Source: Ophelia neglecta (Eukaryota). Taken from it: DNA of 64,000 nucleotides. The translations under genes and the position numbers were made by a program. The stretch spans positions 28,210,001-28,274,000 of the forward strand of contig OZ260662.1 of the NCBI GenBank assembly GCA_965285935.1, read 5' to 3'. Under the pieces are notes generated by a model. It was not told the DNA's origin. It did no database searches and saw only the letters and a program-made list of their open reading frames with translations. Shown here in pieces: positions 53,601 through 64,000 of the stretch (positions are counted from its first letter, which is position 1; every line of letters begins with the position of its first letter).

Positions 53601-54354
53601 ACAGAGCCAGGAGAAGACACATTGGTAAAACCGTACAACTTATTCATTTGCAGACTGACATCTTGCACGATTCTTTACATTCCGCACGCCAAAAATAAAT
53701 AAAATGATATCTGACAAGCTTTAATGATTATTCTATATATATTTTCTACAGAAACTCTTCCGGAACAAGGCCAAGCGTTTGACAGTTCCTCCACCTGACA
53801 TGCTGATAGGAACCATAATCAGCTTGAACAAAGGCGACGAGGTGAGATCAAAATACGAGTGGAAGGACAACGCTTTGGCCCAGGTGCCCGGGGAGAAAGC
53901 GGGCGTTAAGGTGGACCTTCGTCCTGCTCCGGTACAACCACCGCCGTCCACTCAAACCAATGGAGAGTCCAACGACTTTGGAACTCGAGACACTGATTCT
54001 GGCCATGGATCAAGTGTCAGGGAGTCGGATACTCCGAATGTATCTTTGATTATTGACGACGAACAAGTCACAAAATATGAGAAAAATAACCTCAAACCAA
54101 ATGAGAACGAGAATAAACAGTCGGTCTATCAACGCCACGACCGTTCTCCTGCCACTCACATTGTTAATGGCCGCAAAACCGGAAGTACTGACATAATTAG
54201 CACAAATACGGACAATTACGTAACAATCGAGGACGAAACAACAACTACGGAAATAACTGACGATCTTTCAGAAAACCACACGCATCAGGACAAAATAGTC
54301 TCCAATGGTCACGTGCCGGAACTGACCGTGGTCCACTTTGATATAGCTCTCTGA
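44642..54354 (+). CDS. Myosin-VIIa-tail-like MyTH4-FERM-SH3 protein B (about 914 aa) with a long disordered C-terminus, apparently motor-less
   Basis: 12 GT-AG coding exons in continuous frame: 44642-44704, 45638-45880, 47402-47491, 48012-48107, 48563-48768, 49471-49588, 50365-50493, 50677-51084, 51250-51683, 51869-52035, 53437-53624, 53752-54354. Motifs [104 protein letters not shown] and [11 protein letters not shown] match the recalled myosin VII tail. The first exon and the 45637 acceptor (weak pyrimidine tract) are less certain. Confidence 0.9.
48771..49376. mobile_element. Long-TIR (foldback-like) non-autonomous element filling intron 5 of gene B
   Basis: Imperfect inverted arms of more than 100 bp (ACAGTTGAAACT.AGTT...TAAAGGTAGA.AGAATA.ATGAAGAC.TTTATT...AAATGAGTC on both arms), with termini AGGGGAG...CTCCCT. 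Confidence 0.7.
49697..49873. mobile_element. Tigger/pogo-like MITE
   Basis: TA-CAGTGAAACCTG ... CAGGTTTTACTG termini and GTCC/GGAC internal repeats; the 3' TA is not preserved. Confidence 0.65.
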
Positions 54355-54570
54355 ATTGTTCTTTGTTTTGAGCTGACTGTAAAATGATGCGAGTAAATTC
54401 GTGCTCCTTCGCTTAAGTGCCATATTTTCTTGTTTGCTTTGATTGTTAATTCCAGTACAATATGGTCGAAAAAATTGAAGCTTTGTCCTGTTTGTTTCTG
54501 TTCGTTTTATTTGTTATTTCTTTCCGAGGCTGCAATTTTTCAGTATTGTAGGGTTGTTAAATTTTGCCAT

Positions 54571-54737
54571 AATAAAAAGGGTCGCTAACATATCACTTAG
54601 GTTACCGTAGACTAGAAATTAGCTGACTAACTTAATATTATGTACATAATCAAATAGAACTCTACATGCAAAACATCTTGTTATATTGAAATCCATTTAT
54701 GAAGAGATTTATGATATACATATCTTACCCAAATAAA
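54571..54737 (+). terminator. Candidate polyadenylation signals of gene B
   Basis: AATAAA at 54571-54576 and 54732-54737, downstream of the stop at 54354. Confidence 0.35.
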
Positions 54738-57700
54738 TACATGTATGAAAATCTGAAGTCTTCTTTTGTACCTAACATATACTAAGCTATATAGTTTCCA
54801 CAGAAAAGCCCAACCCCTAAAATAGCCTGAGGCCAGTCACGGGTCCATAATCCAGACGTAGGTAAGAAAGTCTGGGTAGTTTGTTGAAAATCGGGCCTTC
54901 TTTGCTAGATCATAAAAGCGTACGTTTTCAAACATATATAGCAGACTCAGTGTAAATGGCAGTAAGTTTTATCTCACTCTAAATTTTCGTGTAGCTTCAA
55001 ACGATTAGAAGGCACATTTTTGTCATTTCCTCTGCTATTTTTTTTCGACACTAGACTGGAAATGATTTGTATTGTTCTGAAACAAAAAGCTATTTCCACA
55101 TTTGCCGAAGCATAAGACACCTCCTTTATTAGCCAAACATCGTCGTGTGAAATCACACACCGTGGACACGATTATTTTTACCTAATTTACATATTATTCC
55201 ATAAACCGGTGAAATGTGGCTGTGCTGAATAGTCTACAAAGGTATATTGCTTTTTTTGGAGCATGTGGTTGAGTGAGACATAAAAGAGCGGTGAAAACCG
55301 GTGGAGGTTGTTGGTACTCGGATAGATCTAACTTGGATTCGACTCCCATTATATCTACATAAGACAAAACCTACTTACTAACAAATGCACAGAAACTTGT
55401 AGCTTTTATATTACACAGCTCTTTTTTCTTCCGCAAAGTTTCGGTCTTTTCCTTGGTAAGTAACAAATGCCATTTCTTGTCCTTATTTCTTGCCCGGTGT
55501 AATATAATCTCCATTCTAGAAAGATCCGTTTGCTTCGCTCATTTGCAACCCTTGGCCCCTTACCGGCAGGTTTTTTTCTCAGGAAAACTTAATGCTATCA
55601 TTATACACACCGCCCATCCCATCTAACCTGCGTCCATGCAACCCCTCAAAATTTTAAAATCCTAACCAACAGACCATAGGGCCAGATGGGCGTGAGACAA
55701 AAGGGTTGGCCTCGCTCCGGGACACCCTCAGATGCACAAAATGGCGACTTCACCTCCCATCGCAAGCAATCTCTGTTTACTTCATTTTTGCTCTTTGTAG
55801 CGACCCATTTAAGCCTTAAAACAAAATTGAACAAGTATAAGATTTCGCAAGCCCACAGCAAAATTGCAGATCCTCAGTATTCAATATCAGAGGTTTTGGG
55901 CCTCGATATTTATTAGTATATAAAGATATTACTTAATACTGTAATACTATAAATAATGTTGAAAAACTATATTAAATTATGAAGATAAAAATAATGAAAA
56001 AGGATATACAGGCCAAGATAATTAACAATTAAACGTGCACCTTTCTAGTGGAGTAGTAACGTTAATTTGTTCTTTTCCACGTTTGCACATTTTCAATTTT
56101 GTCCCAGGTTATCTGAATTTCCGTCGACCAGGGTCGACTTCGGGCGGGCCTACACCAGTAACTTGTTGTTGCTGTTTTTCCCTTTGTGCTCTTGTTATGT
56201 AAGGCGTAAGTGTGCCTAATAAAGGGCACATACACCAGATGGCGTCCAGTCCTCCTTGTCTCCAAAATTTTTTTTGTATATTAATTTAGCTTCAAATTGT
56301 TTACATTTTGTGCGGGCAAAACTGCCTTTCGATTAAATTTGTTTGGGCTTTTTGTCTGAATTTATGAGTTTGATATGAAAACTTGATTGTTATCTGTTCT
56401 TGTTTGTATTTTATGATATATTGGAAGCACTAAATACTTACCGGTACTTACAATTTTATAGACTTCTTTTAGTGATCTGGTACATCATAGGAAACAAGAA
56501 ACATCATGCACTATATAAAACTCACAATATCAATTTAAGTTAATGTTAACTTTCAGTTTTTCTTTAATATAAACCTTCTTTTTGCATTCCTCGCTATTCA
56601 AAAGGAAAGAAGGAAAGAAGATATTTAAAAACCTAAGCGTTAATTTTACACTTTATGTGATTATGTCGTCAATCACACCCGGTTGGTGCCTTAAATGTCG
56701 GAGTTTGCGTGGATAAGGTTGATAAACTGATCAGCAGTGAATGGCACATGTCGGACGTTTTCCTCTCCTTAGATGCTGGTGATTCGGGGTGACAGCAACA
56801 TTTTGAGCAACGAGTTTAACTCAGTGAACAGTGACCAAACACATGAGGTTTAGCAGTTTTTAAAAATACCAGTGTTATGATTGCTGAAATAGAAGATGAT
56901 CCTTGACAAATAATAGAAGAGGAAAAGCATTGATCAAGAGTCGCCTCCCCAAGATATGTTCATTAAATTTATAACAAAGACACCAATGTCACATTTTTCT
57001 AAAATCAGTTGTAAGTAGCATGGAGACACGCCTCCAATTTCATGAATCAACCACACAAAAGGTATCTATGTAGGCTAGTTTTGATAGGTTTCCGGTATTA
57101 CCCGAGCAATTTTTATTGTATACTTATATACCGGCCTTTCATGGGCTTTCCATTTTTCAAAGAGTTGGAAGATTATCAGGGAATTATTATGATATCGGTG
57201 ACTTAAGATACCCCCAGGGTACCCCTACTATACTGCACTCCACCTCCGACCTCCGGACGTCGTAAAATTATAACTCCTCGTTAACATACACCGGCGTCTG
57301 AAAATCGGTCGATACCACCAAACTTCATCCATTAAATGTGACTGGTACGCAGATATAGACCAAAAAACACATCGGATAGGCGCCTTTTTCAAAATCGGAG
57401 CAAATGTGACTTCGGCATAAGTGGTATAGTCATATGAATAAGAAGTTTAAAGGTTCTAGAAGTACTACACGTGGTATACTACTTCTTTAATGCGGACGTT
57501 CGCTCGTCACCTCTATAACACTCTCCGAACCTTATACTAAACTACAAAATGTTTATAGGATCTATAAAGGTTTGAGAAGAAACTGTCACTTTCTCACGAT
57601 AAACACAAAATACAGTTCAGATAAAGAATCATTATTGAAAGTGACCTTTTCATGATCAAATTAATCTAACTATAATATACCCTATAAGATTAACAACTTA

Positions 57701-57901
57701 AGAAGGGTAAAATTTAAAAAAAAACAATTCGAGAGATGTGTGTTGTGTTTATGTTGTTTCATTAAAGTTTTAGAAAATATAATATATGCCTAGCCAGAAG
57801 CTGTCAAAGTGAAAGTCATTAGTCAAGTTAAACCATTTATAACCTCACTTGTTTAACTCAAGCTTGCATTCACTTTAAATTTATTGCGTGCAAGGGGTTA
57901 C

Positions 57902-58083
57902 CAGTGACGGATTCAGGGGGAAAGGGGGCCCGTGCCTAAAAGTGGACATGGACCAGAGCCATTTTCTGGACCCTCGCAAGGTGGTTCCAGAGGGTTGGTA
58001 ACGGGGACAATGCAGACATTTGCCTTGTCAGCCTTGGAAAATTTGCCCCCCTTCCCCTTCCTGAAATCCTGCATCCGCCACTG
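57902..58083. mobile_element. MITE, copy 2 of the same family
   Basis: TIR CAGTGACGGAT...ATCCGCCACTG; internal sequence shared with 25325-25515 (GGTTGGTAAC.GGGACAAT.CAGACATTTGCCTTGTCA.CCTTGGAAA). Confidence 0.8.
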
Positions 58084-61000
58084 GGAACTTATGTGTTCAT
58101 AATTGCTTATGATCATAATTAATTACCCTATAAAGCTGACACATTCTTATCAGTATATTTGCTATTAAAGGTCACAAACCTCGTTAGTAAAGGAAAGAAT
58201 CATTACTCATTAAGTTTCCTTCGTAATTTGTTGACGAATGTTTTCCGCGTGAGAACAAATCTCCGGCCGTCACTCCATCTGAGGAGGCTGGGGTGTTTTT
58301 CCGGCAGAGTGTAGTGTATTTTGATTTAGACTGTAGAACACGTGGCTTCCCAGCTACATATGATATATATCATGGCGCCATGTGATCACGTGCATGTGCA
58401 TCCCTCTTGGGAAACTTAACACATGATAACAGTTCATCCGCTGGCCCTTTTTTAGGGACAAAATTTACTATATTATCATATGTGAACTTAAAAACGAAGG
58501 AATAGTACTCGAGAAATAGTACGGCGTTTTGTATACGCGCTCCACTACATAATATAACAGGGTCAAATGAGCGTACATTTTAGAGAACAGATGAAAACAT
58601 TAACATGCGCATGGCAGCTTTGGAGAGCGTTCTGTATTAATAATGGGTCTGTGTTACAATTGTTCATGGTATTAAAGGTTTTAAATTACCAAGGCAATAT
58701 ATAGGAGGGGTTTTATATATATATATATGTTTATTGAACCTCCACTTTCTGGAGAGCATGTACATAGTACAATATTAATGAACCAATCGGTTTACATTTG
58801 AGAGAGAAAAAGTGAAAAACAAAAAGTTGGGTTCTTGACTGTTCAATGCTACGGCAAAATATAAAGTTATATAAAGGGAGAACTGATTACGACAAATGTA
58901 TAAGGTTATATAAAGTAAGAACTGATTATGTATACAAACAAAGTGTACCTGTGTCTTTCCCTTTATTTTTTTATATTGTTAACATTATAACCCACGTTTG
59001 TCAAAGGACCTGGTTTGAATTTTGTCTGATATTACCTTCGTAATTCACAAAAAGAGGGACCCAATAATAGCTAATTATTACACAAACTAATTTGAAATCC
59101 AATGTATGTATGAATAACGTCATTTTGTCAACACATTTCCACTCTTTATTTGTAAATCTGCCAATAATCAAACAAATATAAGTAACTTGTTTACATAAGT
59201 GAGCATCTGTTTAACACTTGAGGGAGATGAACAGAGCACCACAATTCTCCAAGTGGTGCAACATACTGTGTAAATAAGCGCCCAAGTTTGTATAAGCCAT
59301 GAACCTATACAAGTATCGGAACTGCCTTTGAAAATGCTGAGTTTGTATAGTGTAGTTTTCTCCTGTATAGAATGAACGAAGTGATATTCTTTGTATTTGA
59401 CAGATTAAATGGTACATATACCACAGACAGCACTGACAGACTAAATAAAGTATTGTTTAATGCCGAGATGTACTGATCAAACTGAATCATAGATCATTTC
59501 ATCAGTTTTGCGCTGTAATAGGGCATATTACAGAGCCATTACGCCAATTTGGGAGGAAATGCTAAATGCCATTAGATAAAAAAAACACGCTGCAGACAGT
59601 GAAAATGCTCATTTTTAATCATTCCACGCCGCTGAATGTGATGAAAAGGTTGATAAGGGTTATCCGAAGAGTTTCCCCAAATGTATATCCCAGGGGTTAT
59701 GATTGATAGTTGTATAGCAAACTGTATAAATTCAGAATAAAAGTCAAATCTGAGTGAGTTGCCTGCGCGCTTTCCAGGATGGAGTCCAACACACAGGAGC
59801 ATTCCTATAGATTCTAGCTTAACATGTCTCTTAGAAAAGCCTTTAGTCTGAGTACTTTGGAAACGAGCGGGGTAAAGCCATACATTTATGTAGGTAAAAA
59901 ACTATCGCCTTGTTGAGTTCATGTAGCATTGCCGGATGTCATGATAGATAGTAACGTACGTTACTAGATAAGTAGTTAGCTCAAGGGGCGAGTCTAGGAG
60001 TACTGTTTCAGCCAGAATATTATAACTTATTGGGCCAAATGGGGCCATCATGTCAGACTAGTTCCTTGTAGTTTAGAAACTCCCAGGTCGCCTTTTAACA
60101 TGAGAAAGAAATCAGGATAACAGTCAGCGAGGCGGAGCAGCTGGTCGCCGTTTGCCTCGTTGCTAGGCCCATTGGTAAACGCCCCTGGCAGCACACTTCG
60201 CGGAAAGCTGGTCGTTATCCGAGATATCTAACTTACGATAGGCCTATCACAGGCCAGGAGTGCGATATCATTCTCATACCGCACAGCATCACACTCGAGG
60301 ACGCTCACTCAGTTTGGAAGCTGATGTTTATGCCAAAACTACTATCGTTTGGCATTGAGTTTGGTGGCATGCTTATAAACCTAGCTAAAATAACTTCGAC
60401 AAATCACCCCGTAGGACGCCGGGAGGGCTTTATGTTGACGGCAATATGGTACTGCACCAAGGCTAGATTATATTTCCATGGAACTAACAGTTGAAATTGA
60501 CCGTTTATGTTTACACAAGGACAAATCTACTGTCATTGGCGTGAAAGAAAATAAATGAGGACAGGGCTAGCTCCCGGCAGACGATCGGACAACAGAAGCT
60601 ACCGCCAGGGCGCCATTCTCTGTGTGCGATTAATAATGTTTGCTCTGGTCTAACCGGCTGTGAAGGGGGTACATTTGCTCCATACCAACGGCTAGTGTTA
60701 TTTGCATTTTGTTGAAGCAGTCCGAAGATTTGCGTTACACACATCACCGCGTGTATATCACCCTTTATTCGTAAACATGGCGAGACCCGCCATCATCGAG
60801 TCCTGAAAGTTTCAACCAAAGTTTACACTCCAGAGTAGCAGCTCGTCAGAATCTAAACCTGCAGATTTGGGTAAACATATCAGATGTTTTCAATCTAGAA
60901 TATTGGTTTGGAGAGTCTCAGGGAAGGAAACAACACGCTAGACATCCGATCTAAGGCGAGGTCTGTCTGTAGACAGAACATTCCCTAAACACCGAACAGG

Positions 61001-61614
61001 TAAGCCTTGAGTGAAGTGGGTAAATTGATCTAAGGGCTCGTCCAATACTGAAGATTAACGGTCTATCAGTTTTCTAGGTGGCCGAATGAACACACTAAGT
61101 CTTAACGTATAACACACCCAGTATTCCAGCCGACATTTTGTGAATCATATACAAGTGGATATCCCGATTTTAAATCTAAGTGGCGGCTTCGATGGTATTT
61201 GGATTTGAAAATAAACTAGGTTAAAAGCTGGACGGTGGGTTATAAATCTTATCAGGGTGTCGTATTGGCTGTCTAGGTGTAGTGCAGTTAAGATAGGAAT
61301 ATAGGACCTAAATCGTTTTAAAGACACACCAATGAATCATTATCATACAAAGACACTTGAACACTATTTCAGTAGAGTCTTCTTTCATTTCATCTTTTGC
61401 TAAGTGGGCACTTTTATAACTAACATAATTATCACCAAGCAGAATGAAATAAGTCCATAAATACCAGGGTCGGGATTTTACCGGCTATTGTATCTGTATG
61501 ATAATTAAGCTTCTGTGATTACAGGGGATGAAATTTTTGCTTGGAATAATTAATAATCGAAATTAAATGCTAGCAGAAATTGCAAATGTATTTACTTTAG
61601 TTCCTGCATGATTA

Positions 61615-61946
61615 CTTGTTCAGTTGACATCAGTGACAAGCTAGTTACCAGTTGCTAGTTAATTATTCGTTACTTATTCGATACCTATTCAACATAAATA
61701 TGCAAATATATTAACTAGTTTTCTGGTTTACTACTCATTCCGTTGCTATTCCAGCCAAACTATTTGCCATTTCCTGTTGATATATGAGTCAATTTGATGA
61801 CCAACTCTTGGTCATAATGCGATAATTATTCACAATTGGCAAATGTATATACCTGTTCCAAATTGCTTATTCGGTTTAAAATTCAAAACAAATTAAATTA
61901 CTATTAACTGGTAACAAGCTGTATCGAATGTCAACTAAATAACAAA
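61615..61946. repeat. Imperfect large inverted repeat
   Basis: AGTTGACAT..AGCT.GTTACCAGTT is mirrored by AACTGGTAAC.AGCT..ATGTCAACT, with a central hairpin TGACCAACTCTTGGTCA near 61798. Confidence 0.5.
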
Positions 61947-62561
61947 CCAGCTACAAAATGAATCATTATCAAGTAAGTACCAATGAACTGGTCCCTAGTG
62001 AAGCAAAAGTGGTCCTACATAACAAAGTGTCCCTTCATCAGAGGTACATTAACATAGGGAAGATAGGACATGGGCATTGAAAATGTCCTGTGGTCCCTTC
62101 ATCAGAGGTTCCCTCCATCGCATGGACCACTGAAGTATGTCTCGACTGCCTACCGAATAGGCCTATGGGGACGAGAAACTGTTAACGGATGCTTATTTCA
62201 ACCGATTAAAGAATCCAAGTGGAAACTGGTCAGTTGATTCGTCTACCAAAGAAAGATATGTCAATGTATAAGTTATATTCTATGACTATATAGCACACAG
62301 ACTCCTAAGTTGGATTCTACATATGCGTACATAATTATTATGTGTCAAAAAAACTAGGCCTAATAATAATATAATTTATTAGATCTATAAGGTTATTATA
62401 ATAACTATTTCGATAAGATTTGTCACACTGATTATAATACTAATCATGTAATAGCAAAGCCTAATGCTTGGTAGGCTAATTATTATTACAAAATAACAGT
62501 TTTATTATTAACACATGCTTGAAGCAGGAGGTTATATAGCCAAAATTATCAAGCCAACTAA

Positions 62562-63055
62562 CACTAATTTGTACCACCGCAATACGTACTTATAACCATG
62601 TTTAATCATCGCCAACCAACGCCTACCTTTTTAACACCGCCTACCATTTTTTAGTCATCATCACCTATCATCGTCTACCTTTTTTGCCAACGCCTACCAT
62701 TTTCACCATTTTCTAGCATCACCTTTTTTTATCATCGACAACCACCGGCAGCCATGTTTTACTCTCGGCAACCTCCCCCTAACATATCCATCACCATTTT
62801 ACCAGCGCCTACCATCTTTCACCATTGCCTACCACCGCCTATTCTAACCATCGCCTACCACCGCTTACCCCCCCCCCCCCCCCCCACGGCCTACCATGCA
62901 CCGCCTACCTCGCCCACCATTTTTTTGCTATTGCCATTTTAACATTGCCTATACCACTGTATATTTGTTACCACTACCTACCACCGCCTATCATTTTATT
63001 ACCGTCGCTGTACTGCCTCCTCCCATCGCCTACCAATTTGGCGTTGGTACAAGTG
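62562..63055. repeat. Degenerate (CCACCGCCTA/CGCCTACCAT) repeat array with inverted CAC...GTG termini, probably a non-autonomous transposon
   Basis: Many CGCCTACC-like units; the ends TTGTACCACCGC and GCGTTGGTACAAGTG are inverted. This explains the Pro-rich spurious ORFs here. Confidence 0.6.
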
Positions 63056-63898
63056 TCAATTGGCTTATTATAATAATCTGTCGAATGCTGGGGCATATTA
63101 TGAGTTATACGTTTATATATAATATAGCGCGCAATAAATAGGGCACGCTTGTTTTGCTTCACCGTGAAAAATTAATAAACATATTGACAAGCAGTTGCAT
63201 GTTATGTAAATTGATACTCCAAACCAACTTACAGCGGGCGTTTATTTGTTATACGATCTGGTAAAATGTCATTGGATTATCTTACTGCTAAACAGGGATT
63301 TACAGACCTGGGGTAGGCTACATCGAGCAAGTACTGTTACGCTTAAAAAAGACAAGATTTGGTTGAAAAAGAAATTCAGTTGCTAGTGCATTAGTCAGAA
63401 TCTGTGCTTGATAAACTGAAGGCCCATCAGCGGCCAGTGGAATTGGCAATTTTCCGCTATTCTGATTTACAGGTACGCTATGCAGAGCTATGCAGTGTAT
63501 GTTGCTATACTGTCAGCAGAGCTTGCTACTGTCATCGACTCTCCTGCCCCCCCCCCCCCCCCCAAGTGTAATTAACTGGTCATATCATATGAACTACGCA
63601 TCAAATCAGGTTTCCACTCGACTTTCCATGTAACATACAGGTGCTATCGCTCGTAAATTACCTTCTCTGATTGTGTCTTATGTCAGTCTACTTGGACAGA
63701 CATTCTGGTAGGTATCTTTGTGCTCACTGAATGGACAAGTGATTTATACCTAGATGCCTTCGTGTTTATCGAGTTGTCACAGAATGTGGATTGTAAGGGT
63801 ACATACAAGCAGACGACCCAGATATCCCCGCCACTGTCAGTGTGTGTATACAAGTAGGCGACCTCGCAGGGGATGACAGATATGCTTTTCTAACGAGC

Positions 63899-64000
63899 AT
63901 GGCAGCAACCACAACAGTGAATATTTCACCACATACCGGACAGTTGGCTGATCGAAGGCCCATACCGGCGGACTACAATACAGCTAGATTCCTACATTTT
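63899..64000 (+). CDS. Possible N-terminus of a gene truncated by the window edge (rhodopsin-family GPCR-like N-terminus is a guess)
   Basis: AGCATGG Kozak-like ATG, with the frame open to the edge: MAATTTVNISPHTGQLADRRPIPADYNTARFLHF (N-I-S sequon). Candidate acceptor at 63781-63782 and candidate 5'UTR donor CAG|GTAAGC at about 61000. Confidence 0.25.
   Translation, partial: MAATTTVNISPHTGQLADRRPIPADYNTARFLHF

Noticed and set aside
62754-63162. Overlapping Pro-rich ORFs
   Set aside because: Artefacts of the CCACCGCCTA repeat array.

Overview
Intron-rich, AT-rich metazoan genomic DNA, probably from a marine invertebrate (inference). From left to right: (1) the 5' half of U2SURP/SR140 on the minus strand (6 coding exons traced, one with a GC donor), with introns packed with non-autonomous DNA transposons of four superfamily types, one nested inside another; (2) divergent from it, a 420-aa single-coding-exon SOCS-box protein with a myristoylation-type N-terminus and an in-frame upstream ORF; (3) a 5'-truncated non-LTR retrotransposon with a 12-bp target-site duplication; (4) the main result, two paralogous genes arranged head-to-head (minus 21881-32206, about 795 aa; plus 44642-54354, about 914 aa). 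Each encodes only the first MyTH4-FERM-SH3 module of the myosin-VII tail. Each has its own candidate start exon with an in-frame upstream stop, and I found no motor/IQ exons and no second MyTH4-FERM. They appear to be motor-less myosin-VII-tail adaptors with unrelated C-termini; (5) a possible gene start cut off by the right edge. All gene models were built by hand from splice signals and frame continuity, and homologies are from recalled sequences; no searches were run.
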